Source of the DNA: Perna viridis
Lineage: Eukaryota
NCBI GenBank assembly: GCA_037379345.1
Contig: CM074516.1
Location: 14,694,001 to 14,758,000, forward strand
Direction of reading: 5' to 3'
Length of the DNA: 64,000 nucleotides
The number at the start of each line of letters is the position of its first letter. Position 1 is the first letter of the stretch. Shown here piece by piece: positions 41,101 through 53,642 of the stretch. A program made the translations under genes and the position numbers. The notes beneath the pieces were generated by a model that did no database searches, was not told the origin of the DNA, and saw nothing but the letters and a program-made list of their open reading frames with translations.

Positions 41101-41703
41101 ATAATCCAAACAAAATAAGAATATGGCATTGCCTTATTATTACATTATTGGAATAGTAAGGTAAGGCTTGTAGTTATAACTTACATGAAAAAAAAAATTT
41201 TTTCGATTATTGTACAGCAAATGGAAATTAATAATTTTAGATTGGAGCTATTTAGATCAAAAGTACATATATTCTGATCTTTGCAAGATATACAAGGGCT
41301 AAAATATGTATTGGAATCCTCAACAAATCATGACATTTACTTGGCACAACTTTGCAGGACAAATATTCATGTAGACGAAATATTATGAGGTGTAAATGAT
41401 ATGAATACGTTGACTTGAACAATAAAATGTATGACTTAAATTGTATGCAAGATTTGACATATCCTACCTACAATGTTTATCATGTGACACAGTAAATTGA
41501 TTTCCGTAGGTTGAGCATCTAATTCATATCAATATTTCAAATGTAGTTTTGCAGTTGTTAATATGGAACTAATAAGGTTGAGTTATTGGCATTCCGTGCA
41601 GTAATATAAAAAGTCCTTTTCTTTCAAAAATATGAATCAGATGGGAAGACCTGAAACCCATTTCCTGTACAAGGGTAAGGCATACTTACAGACGGACAAA
41701 ATG

Positions 41704-41776
<73 letters not shown>

Positions 41777-44700
41777 CCTAGAGATATGAGAGTATGGTAG
41801 CTACATAAATAAAATACACAGAACATCTAGACATATTCAAAACAGTCAATCAATGAGTTTATATCTCTGTATTCGATTATTTCCCTTAACATTTTGTCCT
41901 TTTCTGGAGTTTACCCATCGTTTTCTTCCATGTTTTATCATCAATCTGATAATGTGTTGTCCCCTCAATCGTCCTTGGCTGACTTATTATTCCCAAGATG
42001 TCTTCAAACTCATATCAGGTTTTGTCAAGGATATTTTTTTTTGGCCACAAAAAGCAATTTGCACCCTTAGATCCAACTCTTTGCATACACTCAACATATA
42101 AAATCTGCGATTCTGAATCAATGTTTTCTACATAATATTATCCTGGATACGCGTGTCCTTGGTATTCTATTATAACATATGAACTAACATAGTTCTCTAC
42201 AGTATCTACAGAAAATAAGGACTTTGATGACTGCCCCCTTTTTTTATCTTCCTGGGTTTACCATGATTCATCGTTTGTCCTTTTAATCAGAATATATTCT
42301 GTCTCCTACCACTTGTGTCTTATAATTCAAATGTTAGGTGTCACAATTTGGAAAGAATTATTAAATGACTAACTTGTGCAGTATCTTGAGTGAATGCATC
42401 AAACGCCATATGTACGTAAGTTTCTTTGTTTTGAACATAAATATCTTTTGGTGGAAAAGAGGTATTTCGTAACATTTTTTTCTTTTTAAAATCTTTTTGG
42501 TTTAGAAAAATAAATAATGCGAATAACAAAATGATTTCTTCAATAAATGTCCATTACGAAACGATTTTGTCAACTACGAAACGAAAACTGTCGTTTCGTA
42601 GTTGACCGTTTCGTTGGGGACATATTTGCGGGAAAACGCGGAAAATTTAGCCACTAACACTACTTAAACAATTTTCTGATATGTTTTGATCTAAGCAACA
42701 ACATATCTTCTAAATCACAAATTTAGGAGAAATTTCAGCGTGTGCATGTACGTTAAAATCTCCGTTACCAAGTGGACAAGTAAAAAAATACGGGGTGCTC
42801 TCTACTTACCAAAATGCAAGTATTTTCTTTACTTGTTCATTTCGACTTCCAGTATGCAGCCATGTTGTTACTAGGATATAGTATTAGTAGTAAGACACTT
42901 CCTAGTAACAAGGAATCCAGTTATGTGTTTATATTAGCAACAAAAGTAAAATAGTTTCGTAGTGGACTAAATTTCGGGGACAACTACAAAATGTAATTTT
43001 ACATCGATTATGGAAATAAATCGATCAAATCGTTTTTGGATATTAATTTTGAGTATCTTGTTATGATCAGAAATAATGTATCATTTACTTTTGAATCCAA
43101 AAATCGATCAATTTCGAAGTGTATTTTATCTGTTCATGTTTTGGGGACATGTCAATTCCAACCATTCGAACTTGTTTCTTTCATTGATAACATTGAGGAG
43201 TTTTTTTTCTCCCTACTGTGTTTTGTATATTGACTCACAATATACTCAACAGACTAAAAATTACTCGCATATTTAGACAGAAATTCACAAAATCTTTTAG
43301 GACAAGAATTCTCGCTTTTGTTGAAAAAAGCCCATATATGCGTCCTTTTAGAAATATCTGTCGTAACTGGTGTCACGATATAACAATCAGATGGCCATAT
43401 CTTTTTGTACATAAACTGTACATGGGTCCGTATACGTGATTTAATGGAAAACCAGTAGTGCAAACGCAAAAGGTGGTGCTGCATACATCCGTATGTGGGT
43501 AGAACTTTTCACAAGCCGTCTTTTAATAACCAAATAAAACAAAATGGCTATTATCGAGACCTATCTGAAATACATCCCTTATTTCGACGGAGGACAATAA
43601 AATTTATTTAAAAAAGACAGGTGGGTTCCGAAAACGACATTTAGGATTCCTTAGTATCTGCTTACATTAACACAATTGTGTCCAACAATAGGGAATATCC
43701 TTACCCCTGGAACCCCTCCAAGGATCCACCATTGATTTTGTATATGCTAAAATATTTGGTTATAGTAATGAACGTTCTGTGTGACGTTGAATACACTGTA
43801 TAAGGAGAATAGGTACATGTATGGTGTACATTGTATATGTTAAAGAGACAAAAACACCACCGGGATAAAACAAAATATCATGCCATGGCCACCCATATGC
43901 ATACAAACAAAGTATACTGCGTAAGTCATTATACTATATTACTCCAGATGACTATTCGTACATATTATATTTATAGCACTGTCTTATGAGTTAATCAAAT
44001 AGACTTCGAACCCGCATAGCGAGAAGTCTATTCGGATAACGAGGAAGGCAGTGTTATAAATGATTTGTTACATGAATTGACCACACCCATTAATCGATAA
44101 TTGACGAATGAGAGATATACAGGCACGGGTAGCTCGTGCTCTCGTTCTTTGTTGAATCATTTTCGTCAGAGGCGGAGTTGTCCATATGCAATATTTATGC
44201 TAATGACGTTGGATATTGCACAGCTGTTTTCAAATTGAGTTCTATGGGAACACGCGACCTTTCATGCAATATCATACAAGATTTATAGTTAGAGCACACT
44301 TTGTCTTCCTCTTATATTTATTTGTGAAAAAGAACAAAAGAAAAATCTCAATTCATGAAACAAGTACTTACTGCATGTTAATATTAAACTTCGGGTTTGT
44401 TCTATTGATAGATGTTCTCGATTTGCCAGAAAATGAAGTGGATATGGAACAAAATACTACGACTTTTATCGATCTTCAAAAGGAACAAAGGCAAATAGAG
44501 ATCAAAGGTTTATTTATTGTGCTTGAACATTAGTTTTGTACATATAGACAAGGTCAATATGACTTAGTACGTACATTGATGAATTGTATGTCACGTGGTT
44601 TTCTATTTAACCAACAATCGTTTTATTTTGCGAGTGGCCAAATAAAAAGACTTTCATCAAATCGATGTTCCTGACACTTATGTATGTATATCTCTATTGA

Positions 44701-45866
44701 AGAGGGTGCGACAGGGGCACCAATATTGGTTTCTGAAGGTTGTCTTGCTAATAGATTACTATCTCTTCCACAGACCTATAACCGCTTTCTGATTCATGGC
44801 ATATCACTCCGCTAGCCTATAGGCTATTCTATACAAGATGTGAAAAAAATTAGAAGGCATGAGCACTACTCATAACAAATCTGCTAAGCTACATGTAGTT
44901 CCGTTTTACTGTACTTATTTGCAAGAGGCGGGGTTCAATACTGAATGTGGTTTGAAATAGCGAATCAATCCTCTGTGCAGGAGATTGAATAAATTTGGGT
45001 TTCTGTCTGTGTGTACTTAAACGCAATTCATAATATTAGCAAGTGATTTGGTGGAAGAGCAAAGAACTAAAAATTCGTGAATTTGCACACTATTCAATTG
45101 CACTTGCATATACATGTACATGTATGATGTATGTGTAACATCCAAAAGTGTCCTGCGTGCAATTCTTTCCACTGGAGAAAAAAAAATCAAATTTATATAT
45201 TTTATGCTAGTTAAATGTTTTCAATATACGGGTAAGTTGTGAAAAATAATTGAGTTAATATCAAAAAATGTGTTGTCGAGACGGGGTCGATGAAATGTTT
45301 TCATTCTTTTTCTTCGTTATGGAGATACATTTACAGTATATGTATTTATTCATCGTACGACTTGAATAATATATTTAGCTTTCATTTCAGATTTTGAAAT
45401 ACGGGCAGTGTATATAGCAATATCAGTAATGGGAACGGTGTGCATTGTGCTCGCTGTTATTGGTGTTGCTGTAAAAACGCCTAAGAGCCAAAGAAAACAG
45501 GAACCCCTTGTTCATGACGAAAGTTACATGTCTACTGAAGCATACTATAACGATCCTTCATCCAGAACACGTGATGTACCGTCTTACATACAACAAGCGT
45601 ATGGGGAACAAGATTCTGCTCAGAAATATGACGTTTCGAGACTTCCGGAATTGCAGGGAACCACAGGTAGTCTTTTGTATTCGTATATTGAAGATGTGCC
45701 AAGCCCTTATCAACTTTTGACACGTGATCAGCAGGAATCACATGTATACAAGACTTGCGCAGTGAATAATGCTAAAGGCGGAATGATTTCAAAAAGTGAT
45801 GAAAAGTCACATGACTATGCAGAGTGTGGTCCTACCTCAGAATTGTATATGACCATGTCTGGGTGA
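38167..45866 (+). CDS. IgV type-I membrane receptor, copy C, full length (316 aa) with tyrosine-motif tail
   Basis: Exons 38167-38224 (signal), 39846-40166 (V-set Ig, DTGMYRC), 44412-44507 (stalk) and 45391-45866 (TM + tail ..EAYYND..LLYSYIEDVPSPYQLL..HVYKTC..HDYAEC..ELYMTMSG*). 951 nt in frame, canonical phase-1 introns. Confidence 0.9.
40411..43335. mobile_element. ~2.9-kb non-autonomous DNA transposon in intron 2 of copy C
   Basis: TIRs atgggcgtttttcaataaaagtg / cgcttttgttgaaaaaagcccat; absent from copies A and B. Internal minus-strand decayed coding piece at ~42095-41890 (VECMQRVGSKGANCFLWPKK..*YEFEDILGIISQP). Confidence 0.75.
41709..41773. repeat. (TA)n microsatellite
   Basis: About 32 perfect TA units. 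Confidence 0.95.
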
Positions 45867-46794
45867 AACACTTGATGAACGGGACACGTATTGTAATAGC
45901 TGACATAAATCATGTATTATATACTAATTGTGTATTTTTATCTTTTTTTCATGATTTCTTCACTAACGATAGGAAAAGAAGTAGTTTTATTGTAAAAACA
46001 GGCTATCCAGTGGCCCTGAAATTCCTAAAAACTCTGTTTTCAGTTTGGCTAAAATTCCTAAAAAACTTGAAATTCAAAGGAAATTCCTAAAAAAAACCTT
46101 CATTTTTCATGTGAATTCCTAACTTTTCACTCACTGCTGTTTTAGGAGTTACGAAAATAATCCTTGCATTTTTTGTTTCAATGACTGCTTGTTTTGTAAT
46201 AAAGAGAGTGCATCGTTATTGTCTGTAAATAACTTCTTAATAACAGGTAATTAGGTTTTCTTCTGTCAGGAATTCTCAAAAGACATGAAAGAATGATCGA
46301 AAATTTTCTCAGTGTTAGTTACTGAAAATTCCTAATTTTGACCCTAAAGTAGCACTAAAATTCCTCATTTTTAATCCTAAAATTAACAACAAAAGTAGCT
46401 AGACAGCCTGTAAAAAGGTGCCAGATATATTTGTACATATGCTGTACTATCATTTGCCTTCTTACGGGGAGTATTAGGAAGACAACAGAAAGTACATATG
46501 AAAAATACAATGTACATGTATTTTAAAATGATATATTTTTTCATCTTTCGATCAGTTCCAAATTGAATTCTTGAGTTTGCATATTTATTGTTATTTTTTT
46601 TTGCAAGATTTGTTGTGGTACACCTCATTTTTACATTAAGCTTTATGGTGTGTTTTGCCTGCATTGTAGCTGCTGTAAATATTTACTAGCGATAGGAAGA
46701 AGTGGGGCCCATTAACCTTGCTGCATCTTTTGCAATTGCCCAAGTCAATAACTACTAGACTTTGATAGTCTTGTATGTTTTTTTGTTTCTATTA

Positions 46795-47002
46795 CGGGGC
46801 ACCAAATGGGACTCTTGTGGTTTTGTCATCAAAATTCAAATTTGTACAGAGCAAAAGTGAATTTTGTTCAACAAAAATGAATTCAGATTAACAAAATATA
46901 TAACACAGTACACATTTTCAATTTTGTGTCACAATAGTTAATTTTGTGTCAAAATTTTGAATGTTTTGATTACAAAAAGATTAAGTCCCATTCGGCGCCC
47001 CG
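46795..47002. mobile_element. TA-flanked MITE (truncated paralog ~26492-26670)
   Basis: TIRs cggggcaccaaatgggact / agtcccattcggcgccccg. Confidence 0.75.
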
Positions 47003-50000
47003 TATACGTATGTATATGTTAAGGGTGATGCCCATTTCGATAAGTCGGTAAATTAGACGTATCGGGTCGAGTGGCCTACAATTATAAGAGTAATCAAGAG
47101 AACCAAGGTTCTACACAACAAAGAACATAAAGTGACTAAAATCGTACATACAAAGTAACAAAAGCAAATGAGAAACTCAGACTCCACTTAAAACTGTGAG
47201 CATGGACCAGGTGTACCTATAAGGTAAGCGTCCTCTGCTTTTCCAGAAACACCCGCCGAGGTGCTCATGAAAAGTCAAGTGCGGGGTTCATTTAGCTGTT
47301 TTTTTAAAGATATTTTTTTCTTCCTTCCTTTCTTTTTTCTTTCTTTTGTATGCCGTTGTTGTCTCCTTAGAACTTTCACTTTCTTCGTTTAGACTTTAAA
47401 TGGAGATCTCGATTATATCGTCGTAGTACCGATCAACGAATGCCAACGTGAAGATCTACTAATCGGTGCATTACAACATGACCTCCAGAAGAAAACGGAA
47501 TCTGAGATCGGGTTTAGAAAATACTGATTTTACTAAAATGTTTATTTGCCCTGTAACAAATTCTTGAAAGTACAGAATTTTTAAGCATAGCATACAGTTA
47601 TAACAAAATATATTCAGTCATTCCTGTTACATTAATAATGTAGTAGAGAATACCATAGGCGGATATTTACAAGACGAGAAGTTCGAGATTCAACATTTTA
47701 GGAAGTAATTCTAAATAATTTTTACTATGTAATGAAAGGATTGTGTCTAGACAATGTTTGACTACGTGTACCTTAATTTGTTATTAAAATCAATTTACAA
47801 ATTCATCCATCCACTTTTCTATCCTTTTAAATCTTACTTCTTCAATTTTAGTGATGCGCATGCTCGGCCACGAGCACCTGTTATAATTATAATTTGCAGG
47901 ACTATTGTATATTGTATTTGACATTAATAAACTGCAATTCATGTAACAACTGTTATCGTTCCCAAACTAAAGCACATATTCACCATAACATTTTCTAGTC
48001 AGATTATACATGTACATATGTTTACTGTGGTTTACTAGAGTTCTGTGCAACATGAAGCAACACGCGTGTTTACAGTTTTTGCTGGTTCTCTGCTGATGAA
48101 ATTGCTGTTTGCCTGTTTGACTGCTTTAACACTGCGACTAAAGTAAAAATAAAATGGCTGTAAAAATGTTAATTCGATAAGATTATTGTACGAACCACTG
48201 ACTAATAAAGTGTTGCAAATCTGTGGAAGTCACGCTTGTCATTTTATCAATTATATCTTTTTGGAATTCCAGTTGATGAAGGAAATAATCGAATTCACAC
48301 AATTGTTTGGTGCCAACAGGATTTGCTTTTCAAAGGATGAGGTCATTCACTCAAGGACTTATTATTTTTATAGATTAGCACTTCTCTTAAAAATATGTTT
48401 TTATTTGTAGAAACTTGGTAATGTCAGTTGACTCTTACTTTGTATTTAATATATCCGTGTTTTCCGGTCATTTTTTGTAAGTCCCTTTTTAAGAAATGTG
48501 TGGTTTTTAGGAATTTCCCCATAGTAAACATTGATTCTGTTTGCTACAATGTATGTCTCCTTAGTTCTTTTTATCTCCATAAGTTATTAGATTTTAGGTT
48601 ATATTTTTTTTTTCAGAATAAATCTACATACATTATTACACTTNNNNNNNNNNNNNNNNNNNNNNNNNNNNNNNNNNNNNNNNNNNNNNNNNNNNNNNNN
48701 NNNNNNNNNNNNNNNNNNNNNNNNNNNNNNNNNNNNNNNNNNNNNNNNNNNNNNNNNNNNNNNNNNNNNNNNNNNNNNNNNCAAATACACATGCGTGTAT
48801 TTCGACTACAGTACTGCTTCTGATAATTGCAGACCCTCTTACATTTTAAAACGAATAGGGGGAGAAGAACGTGGAGTATTGGGCAGAACTATCACTGAAA
48901 GATAAGCTCTCATCGGTCTCGTACTGAGAAATAAAAAAAATGCATGACAGCAAAACCGTACAGAGAAGTAAATCATATCTGCCCCATTGCAGACATGTGC
49001 ATGTCTACAGTCTTGAGATGTTGATCATTAATGTGTATTCGTGTCGTTATTTGAATCAGTTTGTTTTGAAGAAGTGTCATCGTTCTTTTATCGTTCTGGA
49101 TTTTATTACATTTGTTGTCGGGGCCTTTTAGAGCTTTCTTAAAGGTATTTACACTTGTTAAGATTTTTTGGTGATCTCGGTAAGTACTCACTATTTTTAT
49201 AAAGTTTATACGGTGGAGCATACTTGTTGCATTTCACCATGTCTGTTCTTTTATTCAATGTGGATTATCATGCATATTCATATTTTGATAAAGTCACTCA
49301 TTGTTTACAAGTTAATGTATTTATTGTATTTATTTGAAATCTATTTTAGAGATAAGATTTAAGATAATTTAGTATTCATTCGCTGGGCATTTGTTTCTTT
49401 CGTAATGGAGTTACTAATTTATTCATTACATTTAGAAAACAGCACAGTCAACAGAAATAATCTACACAGTTAGAAAACAGCACGACAGAAATATTTTAAA
49501 TGCATTTATATGAGAAAGTTGAAATACGGTACTTACTGTAATTTCATCCACATTCAATTTGACTGATGAATGATACTCCACCTCCATTTTTAAGGGTATG
49601 ATGACACATCGATGTAACTATGAAATAATAACGGTTCTCAAGAAATAGAGCGGACGCATTTTTTCAAGAATGGACGGATGGACAATACGATCGACAGACG
49701 GACCATAATTTGACCTAGAAAGTTGTACAAACATTATGACATACCCTCTAATGTTGGTTAATATACATGTCAAGTATAAACTTTGAAATCATAACGGTTC
49801 TCAAGATATAGAGCGGACACGATCTTTACCACAAACATGGGCTTTTCAACTGAAACCAGTTTTTTTTTTACCTTCACCTTTGACCTAGGAAGTTCTACAT
49901 ACATTATGACACACCCTCTGGTGTCGGTTAATATACATGTTAAGTATAAAGTATGAAATCATAACGGTTCTCTAGATATAGAGCGGTCACGAGTTTGTTA

Positions 50001-50165
50001 TAAACGGACAGACAGACTGATCACTATAGGACGACCCGCCTAAGGCGGGGCCCTAATAAAAATGAACATAATATAAAGGTACTCAATTAGATTCGTAATG
50101 TGTGGAAGGGAAAGTTTTTACCTCATCACCGATACCGTCTTAAAAAAATGTAGCTGGTTTCAGTA

Positions 50166-50376
50166 TATTGTGAAAGTACTATCATTCGTGGGAACCAATT
50201 TTCGTGGTTTAGAAAAAAAAGTTAGTTCGCAGATTCTTGAATTCGTGGATTTGACAACTCCATCTTACAACTGTATTTGAAATTTCCTTTTCGTTCTGGG
50301 AGACAAATTTCGTGGTTTACCAAATCCACAAAACCACGAAAAGTGATACCCAACGAAAATACATACTTTCGCAGTA
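50166..50376. mobile_element. MITE with ttcgtgg repeats; half copy at 28448-28540
   Basis: Ends tattgtgaaagta / tactttcgcagta. Confidence 0.65.
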
Positions 50377-51339
50377 TACATGTAGCATGGGTTTATTTCA
50401 AAGAGGTTTTTTTAATTGATAGGACCAGTAGGACTGGATGATTAGAGGCGGGATTAACAAATTTACTTGAATCTTGAAGTCACGGAAGGAAGCATAACTG
50501 ACTCAAGACATTTATGGTACCGAACCATGAAAAAAGTACTTTTTCGCAAGGACATGACGTGTAACAGTAAGCTTAATTTTACTTTTCGTTCATTTTCCAA
50601 AGTTGAACCGGATATTAGTACATGTATAAATACACACGTTTCTAATTACCATTCGATATCAAACGACACAGAAATAGTTAAACAGCCGGCCTTGTGGTGT
50701 GTGTGTGAGGGGGGGGGTCCTCGTCGTTCATTGAAGACCCCTGGGTTATCTTGAGCTGATAGTTTTCATTCCGATGTTATAGAAAAGGTTTGTGAAATTA
50801 TTTTGAAGGTTACAAAACGGTATTCCTCATCGTATGGTGTATGGAATTTACAAATACAATTTCTGTTTTGAGTAGTATTTATCAATGTTGCCTGGTGATT
50901 TAAGAATGTATCAGTTAGTCAGCTAAATAATAATGACATGTAAAACAATACGTTGATAGTTCAATCATTTTGAACCACGATGGGAAATTATATTCTCCCG
51001 TTCTACACCAGTAATTAAAATGCCCGTGACTTTTTAACCAAGGGGCGGTGGTTAAATTTCAGCAGGAGTTTTTCCGCCATTTTACATTTCCGAATTTTCT
51101 ACAGATTTCATGGGAGAAAAAGATTCTCCACAATGTTCTCGATAGTTAAATTTTACTTGTAGATTAAAGCCACCTCTGCAGTATAAATTTTTAATAACTA
51201 TCACGAGTGGTGAAATCATAAAACCCCCTCGAGACTGAAGGGGGAATCTAGTATATTTCTACAACGTATACACTCCTTGAAACGTTCACGTTTCCCATTT
51301 TAGCGTTCGTGCATCGTTTATCGTGCGTTTACGCATTGT

Positions 51340-51425
51340 TTTGCGTTCGTTTAAACGCACGGTATGAGCGTTCGTTTAAACGCACGATAGAAGCATTCCT
51401 TTAAACGCATGATACAAGCGTTCAT
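51340..51425. repeat. 25-bp tandem repeat
   Basis: gcgttcgtttaaacgcacggtatga, ~3 copies. Confidence 0.7.
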
Positions 51426-51912
51426 TATTTTTGTACTTTGATAATTTCCATGATTAAAATGTTATTTTTATATTTTTTGCTATTATTAATTCATTATTAA
51501 TTAATATTATTATAATTTTGATAATTTTATTCTCTATTTTTTTTCTTCCTTCATTATTTGTTAATATTATTATTTTTTGCAACGAACGCCTGTGTTTGAA
51601 TCGGACACTGGTTAATATCACATAAATTCAATGCTAACCAATAATTTTATCTTTTAATGTAAACTTCCCGTTCTAATACGAGCAAAAAACACGCAAGACA
51701 TGTGTAGGATATGTTTTAATAAAGGTACGTGTACGTTGTAGCGAACTTTGGGTTGCTTATGATAATGACCAGGGAACCAGTTTTTAACCAGTTTTAAGCA
51801 GCTGGCAATGAATATTCATAAAGGTCAGGCGTGCTAATGTATATAACATAAATAGTTTTGTAACGAGCCTAAGTGCCTGAATCGGAAACTGGGTAAATAA
51901 ATAAATATATAA

Positions 51913-52975
51913 GATATGTAATTTCATATTGGCCCTGTTATAGGTTTCGGTCAATCATATTGGCCTCGACAGCCGGGAGCAATACGACCGCCTCGACCAA
52001 CATGACTGATCTCAAACCTATAACAGGGCCAATATGAAATTACATATTTATTAACATATATTATTGACTAACGATCGAAGATTAGCCTAAATATGATAAA
52101 AGCTGTCAATAACTAATACAATACAAAATACAAAAGTGCCCCAATGCTGAACTTAGCCGTCCAATACGAATTTTACCAGTCCAATACGAGATTTAGCCGT
52201 CCAAGACAGCTTTTATCCGTCCAATACGACATATTGTCCTGGTAAAGATCCATATTGGCCTAGGCCAATATGACGTATTGGACTAGTTGGTCAACAGTAA
52301 AGGTATAATTACTTAAAAAAGTTTTTCCATATTGGCCGAGCTATTGGTCCTGGGCTAGTAATGTTGGACTGAGGCCAATACAGCTAACCTCGGACCAAAC
52401 AATGAGCCGATAAGGAAAAAGCTGCAGAAACACAAAAAACTTTCATTTTATACAAAAAAAGATATTTAAGACTGATTAATGCAAATATACCTACATGTTC
52501 TTGGTAAACAACTGTTCTACAAAACATTTAGTTGAGTTGGTTAATAAAATTGTTTTCGGTCAATCATATTGGCCTCGACAGTCGTATTGACCCTCGGCGA
52601 TGCCTCGGGACCAATACGACCGCCTAAACTAATATGACAGACCTATAACAGGGCCAGTATGAAACTACATATTTATTAACATATATTATTAACTACCCAA
52701 AATACGTTAAAATATGGCAAAAACTGACCAATTGATATGAATTCAAACCGGGCACTTATACGGACCCAAAATGGATCAAACCAAGGCCAATACGGCATCA
52801 TAACTTCCGGTCGTTTGGCACCGCCATTTTGAGTTAGAATTGTTTTTAATGAACTTTGATCACCAGGAATAAAAGCTACTGAAACACAAATAAGTCTTCC
52901 ACTTATACAAAAGGATTTTTAAAACTGGATAATTCAAATATGGGCCAATATGAAATTACATATTTATTAACATAT
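51913..52975. mobile_element. Foldback-type non-autonomous element
   Basis: 33-bp perfect inverted repeat atatgtaatttcatattggccctgttataggtt / aacctataacagggccaatatgaaattacatat (~51913-52046), partly repeated at 52550-52690 and 52940-52975; internal gtccaatacg repeats. Confidence 0.6.
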
Positions 52976-53411
52976 AAAATATATATGCATATTATATGGT
53001 TCATTACTGTTGGTCTTAGCGGATCAAAATACGACCAACACTAACCGTACAACTATATACCCAGAAAATTTGAAAGGGGTCCAGAAAATGTGGTGCCGGG
53101 CAATATTGTTAATATTTTTTTAACAAACTTTTCAAAAACAAGGGAGTTCCTACCCTAAAAACCTAACCCCTTCTCCGGGATGAGAACGCTTTATTTTCGA
53201 TGCGTAACGACAACTAAGTTCTCTGTCTCAATTCACTCCTAAAATTAGATCTACATGTACAATGTACGTCCCTAGTCTATCCCACAACTCCTTATCCAAG
53301 ATACATCATATATATGACGATGCAGAACAAACAAAAATAATTATATAAGTCTAAAGGATTGTACAACGATACCGATAAAGATGTTAACACACTATAATAA
53401 AGTATATAATG

Positions 53412-53450
53412 GGCAAAATTTTCAGTCAACAAATGACCTTCTTCAGTGCC
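53412..53450 (-). ncRNA. Minimal type I hammerhead ribozyme
   Basis: Minus strand ggca-CTGAAGA-aggtc-atttgtt-gact-GAAA-attt-tgcc: stem I ggca/tgcc, catalytic core, stem II and a palindromic minimal stem III, in the Penelope 3' repeat. Confidence 0.8.
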
Positions 53451-53642
53451 TTAAATCAACTGAGTGTGTATGAAAGTAAATGGTCTGTGAACACAACTCA
53501 CTTCCTAATCAGATGAATAACTGTGACGTTTAAAATTTTTTTTACCGACAGTAACAAAGACCTTGAACATTGTGCTATAGACACACTTGTGTGTTGATCC
53601 TGAATACTGAACTATAAAAATAAAAAATATTTACAAACACTG

